64,000 nucleotides of DNA, taken from assembly GCA_045652745.1 (NCBI GenBank), contig JAZRUW010000004.1, positions 24,277 through 88,276 of the forward strand, read 5' to 3'. Position 1 is the first letter of the stretch. Every line of letters starts with the position of its first letter. A program made the position numbers and the translations under genes. This DNA comes from Clostridia bacterium (GTDB lineage: Bacteria > Bacillota > Clostridia > UBA1381 > UMGS1253). Shown here piece by piece: positions 25,849 to 35,013 of the stretch. The notes beneath the pieces were generated by a model. The model was given only the letters and a program-made list of their open reading frames with translations, was not told where the DNA came from and did not search any database.

Positions 25849-26070
25849 TTAATCAGCAATGTAGTTCACTGCGTCGCCTACTGTTCTGATTTTATCCGTA
25901 TCTTCCTCGGCAAATTCGATGCCGAACTCCTCTTCCATGGCCATAATCAGGCTGACAATATCGAGCGAGTCTGCACCCAGGTCATCCACGAAAGAAGATT
26001 CCATCGTAATGGTTTCTGCATCTATGCCAAGTTGTTCAGCAATAATTTCTCTGATTTTTTCAAAAGTCAT
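25849..26070 (-). CDS. acpP: acyl carrier protein
   Basis: 73 aa with the phosphopantetheine site DLGADSLD. Confidence 0.93.
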   Translation of the reverse strand: MTFEKIREIIAEQLGIDAETITMESSFVDDLGADSLDIVSLIMAMEEEFGIEFAEEDTDKIRTVGDAVNYIAD

Positions 26071-26184
26071 TCAGTTTTCGCCTCCATTTTCCTGCTGAAT
26101 CGGTACACAAATAGAGTACCTTATTTAATGTATATACCAAATATGGAGCTTTTTGTCAAGTTTTTTTAAGATTTTTATGCAAAA

Positions 26185-27192
26185 TTACGCCTCGGGCGTA
26201 GCCATTTTTTCAATGTCAGCGGCAATTTTGCGCACTACATCCGCCTCCACAATACGTGCCGCCTGGCGAATGGCAGAAAAGACCGCCTTGCCGTCCGATG
26301 CGCCGTGTCCCTTGACAATCGGATACTTTGTGCCCAATAGCAGCGCGCCGCCGTGTTCGGAATAATCCATCTTTTTCTTCAAACTCTTAAAAGCATCCTT
26401 GGCCAAAAGCGCACCGATTTTCGTCTTGATTGTGCTCATCATCGCACTTTTAACGTTCTTTAAAAGTGTAGAAGATACGCCCTCAATGACCTTCAAAACG
26501 ACATTGCCCGTAAAGCCGTCACACACCAAAACATCCGCATCGCCGCTCATTACATCACGGCCTTCCATATTGCCGATAAAATGGATCGGTGCCTGCTTTA
26601 AAAGCGCGTGCGCTTCTTTGTAAAGCGTACTGCCCTTGTGCTCCTCCGTGCCGTTGTTAATGAGCGCCACCTTCGCATCCGTTTTGCCCAAAACCGCCGC
26701 GGCATAAATACTGCCCATCACACCGAATTGCGCCAAATACTGCGGTTTGCAGTCCGCATTTGCGCCGCAGTCGATGAGCACACCGTAGCCGCGCTCCGTC
26801 GGATATACCGGTGCAAGCGCCGGACGCTGTACACCCGGAATTCTGCCGACGATTAAAAGACCTGCGCAAAGCACGCCTCCGGTAGAACCGGTCGAAACCA
26901 GCGCATCACCTTCGCCGTTTTTGAGCATATTTGCCGCCACTACAATGGATGCATCCTTTTTTCTTCGAAGCGCAAACGCCGGGTCTTCATCGTTGGTAAT
27001 CTCCTCGGAAGCATGCACCAAGGTAAGCCCTTCCGGTTTTTCTTCTCCCATCGCTGTCATATAGCCGTCAATTAAATCGCTGTCCCCTACCAAAGCTACC
27101 TCTAATCCGAGTTCACGCACGGCGCGAAGCGCGCCCTCCAGTTGTGCTTTCGGCGATGCGTCACCGCCCATAGCATCTACAATAATTCTCAT
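26185..27192 (-). CDS. plsX: phosphate acyltransferase PlsX
   Basis: MRIIVDAMGGD...GNVVLK are typical PlsX motifs. It lies upstream of acpP. Confidence 0.95.
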   Translation of the reverse strand: MRIIVDAMGGDASPKAQLEGALRAVRELGLEVALVGDSDLIDGYMTAMGEEKPEGLTLVHASEEITNDEDPAFALRRKKDASIVVAANMLKNGEGDALVSTGSTGGVLCAGLLIVGRIPGVQRPALAPVYPTERGYGVLIDCGANADCKPQYLAQFGVMGSIYAAAVLGKTDAKVALINNGTEEHKGSTLYKEAHALLKQAPIHFIGNMEGRDVMSGDADVLVCDGFTGNVVLKVIEGVSSTLLKNVKSAMMSTIKTKIGALLAKDAFKSLKKKMDYSEHGGALLLGTKYPIVKGHGASDGKAVFSAIRQAARIVEADVVRKIAADIEKMATPEA

Positions 27193-27230
27193 ATCTTTTC
27201 CCCCTTCGGCTATAATAACAATATAGTCGG

Positions 27231-27821
27231 TTACTGCGTTCTGCCCTTTAAAACCGGCGAAAGCGGCTTATAAATCGCAAAAGCAATCAAGGCACAACAC
27301 AGGCCTTTTACAAACGTAAACGGCAAATTAAAAATCAAAAGTGCCTGCCACATGCTGCTCACCTGCGGCAAAATCAACTGATACATCCCCAAAATTTTAT
27401 CCGCGCCAAAGCCAATCAAACCAAAAAGCGGATAAATCAAATAATAATTTGAAAAAACACACACAACTGCCGAGACCGCCGAGCCCAAAAGTGCACTGAG
27501 CATCGCACCGCCACGGGTCTTTTTATGCTTGTAAATCATTCCTGCAGTAAAAACAAAAGCACTGCTTATAATAAAATTTGAAAGTTCGCCGACACCGCCC
27601 GTGCTCGAAGAAAATGCATGCAAAACATTTTTAAGCAGGCATACAGCAACTCCGTATACCGGACCGAGTGCAAAACTTGCCAGAAGCGGCGGCAAATCCG
27701 ACACGTCAAATGAGATAAACGACGGCATAAACGGCAGTTTAATCTGCAAAAGCATGATGACCGCCGCCACTGCAGACAGCATCGCTGTAACCGTCAAATT
27801 CCGAACTGTGATTTTTTTCAT
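27231..27821 (-). CDS. ribU: ECF transporter S component, riboflavin-specific (RibU) by riboswitch context
   Basis: 196-aa protein with 5-6 TM segments and an ECF-S-like sequence. An FMN riboswitch lies directly upstream. Confidence 0.8.
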   Translation of the reverse strand: MKKITVRNLTVTAMLSAVAAVIMLLQIKLPFMPSFISFDVSDLPPLLASFALGPVYGVAVCLLKNVLHAFSSSTGGVGELSNFIISSAFVFTAGMIYKHKKTRGGAMLSALLGSAVSAVVCVFSNYYLIYPLFGLIGFGADKILGMYQLILPQVSSMWQALLIFNLPFTFVKGLCCALIAFAIYKPLSPVLKGRTQ

Positions 27822-27864
27822 TGTTTTTAATCTCCCTTCGCCTCTCTGTATTTATACAGAAATT

Positions 27865-27889
27865 AAAAAACCCTGAAAAATCACAGGGT
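27865..27889 (-). terminator. riboswitch expression-platform terminator
   Basis: Minus strand: ACCCTG-tgattttt-CAGGGT followed by TTTTTT. Confidence 0.7.
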
Positions 27890-27899
27890 ACGCGAAAAA

Positions 27900-28040
27900 A
27901 GACTCATCCTCTTTCATCCGGACTTTAACCGTCGGCTTCGGAATCACACCGAATCAGTCTTGCGACTCGCGGGCTGTATATCTGACTTTAAAGGCCAAAT
28001 TATCCGCCGGTAGGGAATCACACCCAACCCTGAAGATTTC
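27900..28040 (-). promoter_or_regulatory. FMN riboswitch (RFN element)
   Basis: The minus strand reads ...CAGGGTTGGGTGTGATTCCCTACCGGCGGATAA...CAGCCCGCGAGTC...GATTCGGTGTGATTCCGAAGCCGACGGTTAAAGTCCGGATGAAAGAGGATGA. This matches the conserved RFN core blocks. Confidence 0.88.
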
Positions 28041-28049
28041 TCTTTAATT

Positions 28050-28078
28050 ATTATATACAAATTTCAAAATTTTGTCAA
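28050..28078 (-). promoter_or_regulatory. perfect consensus sigma-A promoter of the riboswitch-ribU transcript
   Basis: Minus strand: TTGACA (28073-28078), 17 nt, TATAAT (28050-28055). Confidence 0.65.
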
Positions 28079-28117
28079 GCAACACAACGCCGATATGCTT
28101 TCCAAATTTTCGGTAAT

Positions 28118-29446
28118 TTGTATGGTTTTATAACACATAAACACACGTCCGTCGGTTACATTAAAAACGAAGCCTGTTGCTTCAAATTTTCTGTTCGGGA
28201 TGTGATAACCTTGCGCGTTCGACGCCTTTTGGCCTGTCTGTGCGCATTGGCTCTGCTCGCATCGCCGTTTGCCCTCGGCGCACTTTGTGTGTATCGCACG
28301 CTGCCCGACAGAATTTACGTTTCCAAAGACACACGTGTGGCATTGCCGCTTGCGACAAATGCACCGCAGGACAAGACCTCTGCCGTATACAATCCGTTGT
28401 CTGCGCCGCAAAACAAGGGAACCGTTCTGGATACAAGCACCGTCGGCGAATACGAAGTTGATGTAAAGCTGTTCGGTTTTCTGCCCTTAAAAAAAGTTGC
28501 GGTCAGCGTATGCGAAACCGGTGCGGTCATTCCGGGCGGCGAAAGTCTGGGCATCCGCATTTATACCGACGGCGTTTTGGTGGTTGCGCTTACCGATATT
28601 ACGGACACAAACGGCAAAAGCGCTTCTCCTGCCAAAGCTGCCGGTCTGCAAACCGGAGATGTACTTTTGAGTATAAACGGTCAAAAAATTGTGGATGCGG
28701 ACCATTTTTCCGAACTGCTCGGGCAAATGGGTACCACAGAGATTTCCATTGAGTACGTGCGCGCAGGCGAAAAACAAAGTCTGAATATCGTCCCCGTGCA
28801 CACACAGGGCGGCATCAAAATCGGAGCTTGGGTACGTGACAGCACCGCAGGTCTCGGCACGCTCACTTTCGTCCGGCCGGATAAGGGCGTATACGCCGCA
28901 CTCGGGCACGGCATTGCCGATATCGATACCGCACAGCTGATGAGTGTGCTCGACGGCTCGGTTTCCCCCTGCGAAGTCACCGCCGTCACCCGGGGTCAAA
29001 AAGGCGCACCCGGACAACTGTGCGGCACATTTTTGCCGGGCAATTACGGTAGTGTGCTTTCCAATTCCGCCGCAGGTATTTACGGTATCTGGAATGCCAA
29101 AACATTGCCGGGCGCAGAGCCCGTAACCGTCGCAAGCCGCTTTGAAATCCGCGAAGGCGAAGCAAAGCTGAGGTTTGCACCGGACGGGAAAAACGCAAGA
29201 GATTTTGACGTATGCATCGAGCGCGTGCTCACCGCCGCAAGTGACGAAAAAGGGATGGTGCTGCGCGTCACCGACCCCGAACTGTTACAGCTTACGGGCG
29301 GCATTGTGCAGGGCATGAGCGGCTCGCCCATCCTGCAAAACGGCAAGCTCATCGGCGCAGTCACCCACGTCTTTGTAAACGACCCCACCCGAGGCTACGG
29401 CATCTTTGCAGAGCTGATGATGGACAAAACAGAAAAAATTAAGTAG
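28118..29446 (+). CDS. spoIVB: SpoIVB peptidase (S55), stage IV sporulation signalling protease
   Basis: PDZ region (AAGLQTGDVLLSINGQKI), and protease core GTLTFV...ALGHGI...QGMSGSPILQNGKLIGAVTHVFVNDPTRGYGIF. The start is uncertain. GTG 28202 would give an N-terminal signal anchor directly. Confidence 0.9.
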   Translation: MYGFITHKHTSVGYIKNEACCFKFSVRDVITLRVRRLLACLCALALLASPFALGALCVYRTLPDRIYVSKDTRVALPLATNAPQDKTSAVYNPLSAPQNKGTVLDTSTVGEYEVDVKLFGFLPLKKVAVSVCETGAVIPGGESLGIRIYTDGVLVVALTDITDTNGKSASPAKAAGLQTGDVLLSINGQKIVDADHFSELLGQMGTTEISIEYVRAGEKQSLNIVPVHTQGGIKIGAWVRDSTAGLGTLTFVRPDKGVYAALGHGIADIDTAQLMSVLDGSVSPCEVTAVTRGQKGAPGQLCGTFLPGNYGSVLSNSAAGIYGIWNAKTLPGAEPVTVASRFEIREGEAKLRFAPDGKNARDFDVCIERVLTAASDEKGMVLRVTDPELLQLTGGIVQGMSGSPILQNGKLIGAVTHVFVNDPTRGYGIFAELMMDKTEKIK

Positions 29447-29448
29447 CG

Positions 29449-29486
29449 AAATACCCGACCATTTATAAATAGTCGGGTATTTTCTG
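29449..29486 (+). terminator. intrinsic terminator
   Basis: AATACCCGAC...GTCGGGTATT followed by a T-rich tail (TTCTGC). Confidence 0.65.
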
Positions 29487-29545
29487 CTATTCCCCTTGCA
29501 TAAACTACCACGGTTTTGCTATACTAAACAAAACGAGGCGATATT

Positions 29546-29860
29546 ATGCAAAAACAAAACACATTTGAAAAAATATACAATGTTGTGCGGCACATACCGC
29601 AAGGCAAGGTAGCAACCTACGGGCAGATTGCCCGCCTTGCAGGCAATCCGCACTGGTCGCAGGTAGTAGGTTATGCCCTGCACGTAAATCCCGACCCGAA
29701 AAACATCAAGTGCTATCGGGTGGTCAACCGCTTTGGTGCGGTATCCTCCGCCTTTGCCTTTGGCGGCGAAAACGAGCAAATCCGCCTTTTGCAAAACGAG
29801 GGCATTGAAGTTATCGACGGGTGCGTGGATTTAGATAAATATTTATGGGACGGAAAATAA
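29546..29860 (+). CDS. MGMT-family (methylated-DNA-protein-cysteine methyltransferase DNA-binding domain) protein, stand-alone
   Basis: VRHIPQGKVATYGQIA HTH and an active-site region IKCYRVVNRFG (canonical form is IPCHRVV). Confidence 0.85.
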   Translation: MQKQNTFEKIYNVVRHIPQGKVATYGQIARLAGNPHWSQVVGYALHVNPDPKNIKCYRVVNRFGAVSSAFAFGGENEQIRLLQNEGIEVIDGCVDLDKYLWDGK

Positions 29861-29865
29861 ACACT

Positions 29866-29896
29866 AAAAAAGGACTTTCATGCGAAAGTCCTTTTT
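29866..29896. terminator. bidirectional intrinsic terminator
   Basis: AAAGGACTTTC-atgc-GAAAGTCCTTT flanked by A and T runs. Confidence 0.65.
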
Positions 29897-29898
29897 AG

Positions 29899-30678
29899 TT
29901 AAATAATTATTTTTCTCGGACACTTTTCCTTACAAATACCGCAACCAATACATTTATCGTAATCCATCACCGCACTTGCACCGTTGACCGTAATCGCCCC
30001 TGCGGGACAGTTCTTTTCGCAAAGTTTGCAACGGATACAACCTGCCGAGCAAAATTTATTAATCATAACACCCTTAACATTGTTATTGCATACCACTTTT
30101 GCCGGTGCATCCGCCGCAACAATTTCAATCACACCCTTCGGGCATGTCTTTACACATTTGCCGCAAGCCGTACATTTCATTTCATCTACTACGGCAACGC
30201 CGTTTTGGATATGAATGGCATCAAACGGGCAAGCCTTTACACAGCTGCCCAAGCCGAGACAAGCCGCGGAGCACACCTTCATGCCGCCGCCCAATCTTGC
30301 CGCCACCAGGCAGTCTTCCACGCCGCTGTAAATGTATTTTTCCGCGGCGGTATCCTTTGTGCCGCTGCACTTTACAAACGCAACCATTCGCTTTTTGTCT
30401 ACCGCACTTCTACCCATAATTTCAGCGATTTTTGCCGTATTTTCTCCACTGCAGCCCGGACAGGCCGTAACCGGCGCTTCGCCATTGGCAATGGCTGCCG
30501 CAAGATTTGCGCAACCCGCATAACCGCAACCGCCGCAGTTTGCACCGGGCAAAAGCTCGGTAATCTGCGCTACGCGCGGGTCTTCTTTTACATAAAACAA
30601 AAGAGCTGCTACGCCCAAAAGCGCCCCGAAAAGAATACCGAGGCCGCCAAGAACGCCAACTGCTGTTAAAATCTGCAT
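29899..30678 (-). CDS. rnfB: Rnf electron transport complex subunit B
   Basis: N-terminal TM segment, a CxxCxxxC region (CGGCGYAGC), and several 4Fe-4S ferredoxin motifs (CTACGKC, CIGCGIC). It is the last gene of the rnf cluster. Confidence 0.9.
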   Translation of the reverse strand: MQILTAVGVLGGLGILFGALLGVAALLFYVKEDPRVAQITELLPGANCGGCGYAGCANLAAAIANGEAPVTACPGCSGENTAKIAEIMGRSAVDKKRMVAFVKCSGTKDTAAEKYIYSGVEDCLVAARLGGGMKVCSAACLGLGSCVKACPFDAIHIQNGVAVVDEMKCTACGKCVKTCPKGVIEIVAADAPAKVVCNNNVKGVMINKFCSAGCIRCKLCEKNCPAGAITVNGASAVMDYDKCIGCGICKEKCPRKIII

Positions 30679-30700
30679 AACCTATGTACCCCTTTCTTGA

Positions 30701-31285
30701 TCAGATAGAAAAACCGGAAAATCCGCCGAAGGCCAGAGCCATCAAACCGGCGGACACCAATGCAATCGGAAAGCCTTCCATGCACTTGGGCGGTTTGGAA
30801 AACTGTGTGCGCTCACGCACACCGGCAAACAGAACAATTGCCAGCGTAAAACCGAGCGCCGAGCAAAGTCCGAACAAAACAGACTCGATAAAGTTATAAC
30901 CGTTTTGTACATTCAAAATCGCCGCACCGAGCACCGCACAGTTGGTCGTAATCAGCGGCAGATAAATGCCAAGCGCGTTATAAAGCGCAGGCAAAAGTTT
31001 TTTAAGCACCATTTCCACAAACTGCACCAGTACAGCAATAATCAAAATAAATGCAATTGTCTGCAAATACTCCAGACCGAGCGGTATGAGGATATAGGTC
31101 CATGCAAGATACGTCAGCGCGCTCGAAAGCGTCATAACAAACGCAACGGCGCCGCCCATACCGGCAGCGGTGTCTACTTTTTTGGAAACGCCCAAAAACG
31201 GACAGATGCCCAAAAACTTCACCAATACAAAGTTTTCAATCAAAATGGCAGTCAGTACAATATTGATAAATCCGGAAAAATCCAT
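30701..31285 (-). CDS. rnfA: Rnf complex subunit A
   Basis: 194-aa polytopic protein with an RnfA/NqrE-like sequence (ENFVLVKFLGICPFLGVS). Confidence 0.93.
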   Translation of the reverse strand: MDFSGFINIVLTAILIENFVLVKFLGICPFLGVSKKVDTAAGMGGAVAFVMTLSSALTYLAWTYILIPLGLEYLQTIAFILIIAVLVQFVEMVLKKLLPALYNALGIYLPLITTNCAVLGAAILNVQNGYNFIESVLFGLCSALGFTLAIVLFAGVRERTQFSKPPKCMEGFPIALVSAGLMALAFGGFSGFSI

Positions 31286-31905
31286 TATGCTGCACCGCCT
31301 TTCTTTGCGTTTTTATTGCGAATCATCTGAATGATTGCAATCAGCAGACCGAGGACAATAAAACCGCCCGGTGCTAAAATAAACACAAGCATCGGCTCAT
31401 ACGGCGCACTAAGAATTTGTATGCCCCAAATTGAACCTGCGCCCAAAAGTTCACGCACGGTTGAAATCAACGACAGCGCCAGCGTAAAACCGAAACCCAT
31501 ACCCAAACCGTCGAGTGCCGAAAGCCCTATGCTGTTTTTCGATGCAAAGGCTTCTGCACGTGCTAAAATGATACAGTTTACAACAATGAGCGGAATAAAA
31601 ATGCCCAAACTTTCTGCCAAAGCTGGCATAAATGCATTCAAAAGCATTTCAATCATGGTTACAAATCCCGCAATCACAACGACATAAGCCGCAATACGGA
31701 TTTTTTCCGGAATGCATTTGCGCAAAAGCGAAATTACCACATTGGACGCCGTTAAAACCGCCGTGGCGGCAAGACCCATCATAAAACCGTTTTGCAGGGA
31801 AGTCGTGGTTGCCAGCGTCGGACACATACCGATAAGCTGTACAAAGGTCGGGTTATTTTCCACAAGGCCGGCGGTAAATGTATTTATTGCTTTATTTGCT
31901 TTCAT
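31285..31905 (-). CDS. rnfE: Rnf complex subunit E
   Basis: RnfE/NqrD-like sequence (NPTFVQLIGMCPTLATT). ATGA overlap with rnfA. Confidence 0.93.
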   Translation of the reverse strand: MKANKAINTFTAGLVENNPTFVQLIGMCPTLATTTSLQNGFMMGLAATAVLTASNVVISLLRKCIPEKIRIAAYVVVIAGFVTMIEMLLNAFMPALAESLGIFIPLIVVNCIILARAEAFASKNSIGLSALDGLGMGFGFTLALSLISTVRELLGAGSIWGIQILSAPYEPMLVFILAPGGFIVLGLLIAIIQMIRNKNAKKGGAA

Positions 31906-32501
31906 TTTGCCGCCTCCTTTTCAAAATTAAGTCCCGGGGTATGCGCTAAAAAGTTTGCCGCATCCAACGCCGTCTGTGCGCCGCGCGCTACGGCCTTGGA
32001 AGAAATCGTTGCGCCGGACAACGCCTGAATTTCATCATCCTTTGCACCGGATTTCACCACGCCGGCAATCGCCTTTTTGCCTGCAAACTGGCTGCGAAAT
32101 TCCGGCTTGGTCATGTTTGCACCAAGACCTGCGGTTTCACCGTGCGAAAGTACGCTGACACCGGTGATGGTCAAAGTCTTATCCACACCGAAAATCAATT
32201 CCATCTCGCCACCGTAGCCGGACGGTGCTACCTTAAAGCACCAACCCACCGGCACGCCGCCCTTTTGTGCAACATAGGCCGCCGTAATCGGCTCTGCCGT
32301 TTCCAAAAGTGCCAAATCCTGTGTCGGCACAAAATCGTCAGCCAAAATGACCTCGGCAAGCGCCTTTTGCTCTGCCAGACGGCTGTTTTCGGCAATCTTA
32401 TCTTTCGTTAAAAGATTTGCTCCGGCCAAAAGCGCCGCTACCACCGCCGTAATTAAAAACAGTATAACGGCATTTTTTAAAATTTCCTTTACATTAGCCA
32501 C
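31902..32501 (-). CDS. rnfG: Rnf complex subunit G (FMN-binding)
   Basis: N-terminal anchor and the FMN attachment context SGATISS. Confidence 0.88.
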   Translation of the reverse strand: MANVKEILKNAVILFLITAVVAALLAGANLLTKDKIAENSRLAEQKALAEVILADDFVPTQDLALLETAEPITAAYVAQKGGVPVGWCFKVAPSGYGGEMELIFGVDKTLTITGVSVLSHGETAGLGANMTKPEFRSQFAGKKAIAGVVKSGAKDDEIQALSGATISSKAVARGAQTALDAANFLAHTPGLNFEKEAAK

Positions 32502-33525
32502 GCTTTTTCACCTCCCCGAATACTCGCGGATGCACCAGCTTGTCGATGAGCGGCGAAGCGATATTCATTAACAGAATTGCATAGGTCACACCTTCCGGAT
32601 AACCGCCGAAACGACGTATTGCAAAGGTGATGATGCCGCAACCGATACCGAAAATCAGATGTCCGCCTTTCGTGACCGGTGTAGTGACATAATCCGTTGC
32701 CATAAACCATGCACCGAGCATCACACCGCCGGAGCAAAGGCTCAAAAGCACGAACTGCAAATCATATTTATATGTACCAAACAGGAATGTCAGCACCGCA
32801 AGCGTGCCTAAAAAGGTCAGCGGAATACGCAAATCAATTACGCCGCGCAGCAAAAGGTAAATCGCACCGATTAAAATTGCAAGTGTGCACACCTCACCGA
32901 CACAACCGCCGATGTTACCGAAAAACGCATCCTGCAGTGTTACGGAAATATCCCCCGTCTGCTTGAGCGCAGAAAGCGGCGTTGCACTTGATGCCGCATC
33001 CACGCTGAATTTTGCAAAGCTGCCGACCGGATTGGAAAACGCAGTCATCTGCACCGGCCATGCCGAAAGCATAAAAGCTCTTGCTGCCAATGCCGGATTG
33101 ACAAAGTTATGGCCAAGACCGCCGAAGAGCTGTTTTGCAATCACGATTGCAAATACGCAACCAATCATCACCATCCACAAAGGCATACTCGGCGGCATAT
33201 TAAATGCCAGCAAAAGACCGGTCACCGCTGCAGACAAATCCCCGATGGCCGTTTTCTCACTCGCCATCGAAAGCGCCTGTCCAAAACCGATGCCCTGCGC
33301 ATTTTTAATTAGCATACCAAAGTAAAGCCACTGATACACAAACTCTGCTACTACGCTTGTACATACACAAACAACAGCCAAAATCAGCACACGCAAACCG
33401 AAGTAGTACCAACCGGCAAGCAAGGCAGGCATCAGCGCTATAATTACATCCAGCATTGCGCGCTGTGTCGTATTTTCACTGACAATATGCGGCGATGCCG
33501 AAACTACAAATTTTTCGTTTGCCAT
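32494..33525 (-). CDS. rnfD: Rnf complex subunit D
   Basis: RnfD/NqrB-like polytopic protein (SASPHI...; ...SATPL). ATG 33523-33525 is preferred over the upstream extension. Confidence 0.92.
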   Translation of the reverse strand: MANEKFVVSASPHIVSENTTQRAMLDVIIALMPALLAGWYYFGLRVLILAVVCVCTSVVAEFVYQWLYFGMLIKNAQGIGFGQALSMASEKTAIGDLSAAVTGLLLAFNMPPSMPLWMVMIGCVFAIVIAKQLFGGLGHNFVNPALAARAFMLSAWPVQMTAFSNPVGSFAKFSVDAASSATPLSALKQTGDISVTLQDAFFGNIGGCVGEVCTLAILIGAIYLLLRGVIDLRIPLTFLGTLAVLTFLFGTYKYDLQFVLLSLCSGGVMLGAWFMATDYVTTPVTKGGHLIFGIGCGIITFAIRRFGGYPEGVTYAILLMNIASPLIDKLVHPRVFGEVKKRG

Positions 33526-33539
33526 ACGATTCATTCTCC

Positions 33540-34865
33540 TTATTTTTTCGCTGCAGCCGCTCTGCGCTTTGCGAGCACGGCCTGTTTTGCAACGCGAATG
33601 TTCGATACAAGATGTTTTCTTGCGGGACAGATATATGCACAACTGCCGCATTCAATGCAATCTGCAACATGCAGTTTTTCGCACATTTCCAAGTCGTTTT
33701 CCTTTGCATAAGTATTGAGCATCATCGGTACCAGATGCATCGGGCACGCTTTTACGCAACGGCCGCAACGGATGCAGTCCTGCGTGTCATCATATACAGT
33801 TTCACTGCGCACAAGCGCCAGAAGCGCCGATGTGCCCTTGGTCACCGGTACATCCAGACTCGACTGAGCAATACCCATCATCGGACCGCCCTGCAAAATT
33901 TTTGCAGGCTCGCTTGCAAAGCCGCCTGCCTCTGCAAATACGTGACGAAACGGTGTCCCCGTGCGTACTTCAAAGTTTGCGGTTTTCTTCATGGCATCGC
34001 CCGACACCGTTACGATTCTGCGAATGGCCGGCATACCGGTCATAAGTGCAATACCGATGCTCGTCACCGTATCGACGTTGAGTACAACCACGCCGACATC
34101 TGCCGGCAGACCGCCTGACGGCACTTCACGTCCGGTCACCGCATAAATGATATGCTTTTCCGAGCCTTGCGGATACTTTTTCTTTAACACCTTTACCTCA
34201 ATGCCGTCCCCAGCCGCCGCACGCATTGCACGGATGGCATCCGGCTTGTTGTTTTCAATCGCCACATAACCGGTTTTCAATCCGAAAATATGCATCACTG
34301 CACGCAAACCATAAATAATCTGGTCCGGCCGCTCCAGCATCGCACGATGGTCACTCGTCAGATACGGCTCACACTCAGCACCGTTGACAATCACGTGCGT
34401 AATCTTTTTATCCGGTGGCGGAGAAAGTTTCACATGCGTCGGAAAACCCGCACCGCCCATACCGACAATACCGGCTTCACGTACGATTTCTATAATCTCC
34501 TTTGCCGACAAATCCTCTATCTCGCCCTTCGGCGTAACATTTTCATCGATTTCATAGACAAAATCATTTTCTATGACAATACTCATCACCATATTGCCGT
34601 TTGCGTGCAATCTCGGCTCAATCGCCTTCACCGTGCCCGAAACGGAGCTGTGAATCGGCGCAGAAACAAAGCTTTCCGCATCCGCAATTTTTTGTCCGAC
34701 ATATACCCGGTCTCCCACGGCCACCGTCGGCGTCAGCGGTGCACCGATGTGCTGCTGAACCGGAAAGACATGTTCCGCACAGCCGCCGATATTACGAATC
34801 GGAATTTTATTGGTATACGCCTTGCTGTCCGCCGGATGCACGCCGCCTTTAAAGGTCAGTGCCAT
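33540..34865 (-). CDS. rnfC: Rnf complex subunit C
   Basis: GMGGAGFPTHVK NADH/FMN region and 2x4Fe-4S motifs (CIRCGRCVKACP, CIECGSCAYICP). AAAGGGGG RBS precedes ATG 34863-34865. Confidence 0.92.
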   Translation of the reverse strand: MALTFKGGVHPADSKAYTNKIPIRNIGGCAEHVFPVQQHIGAPLTPTVAVGDRVYVGQKIADAESFVSAPIHSSVSGTVKAIEPRLHANGNMVMSIVIENDFVYEIDENVTPKGEIEDLSAKEIIEIVREAGIVGMGGAGFPTHVKLSPPPDKKITHVIVNGAECEPYLTSDHRAMLERPDQIIYGLRAVMHIFGLKTGYVAIENNKPDAIRAMRAAAGDGIEVKVLKKKYPQGSEKHIIYAVTGREVPSGGLPADVGVVVLNVDTVTSIGIALMTGMPAIRRIVTVSGDAMKKTANFEVRTGTPFRHVFAEAGGFASEPAKILQGGPMMGIAQSSLDVPVTKGTSALLALVRSETVYDDTQDCIRCGRCVKACPMHLVPMMLNTYAKENDLEMCEKLHVADCIECGSCAYICPARKHLVSNIRVAKQAVLAKRRAAAAKK

Positions 34866-35013
34866 ATTGTATGCCCCCTTTACATTTCTTTTAGCATATT
34901 GTATCATAAACTTTTCTCCTGCACAACCATAGTTATTATTTTAACAACCCCGGGGATATTCTTATGCGAAATCCCATATAGTTTAGTACTATGATGCAAA
35001 GGAGTACACCAAT

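Noticed and set aside
33495-34994. 207-aa and 234-aa + strand ORFs
   Set aside because: Antisense to rnfC. Their His/Arg/Cys-rich composition is typical of the reverse frame.
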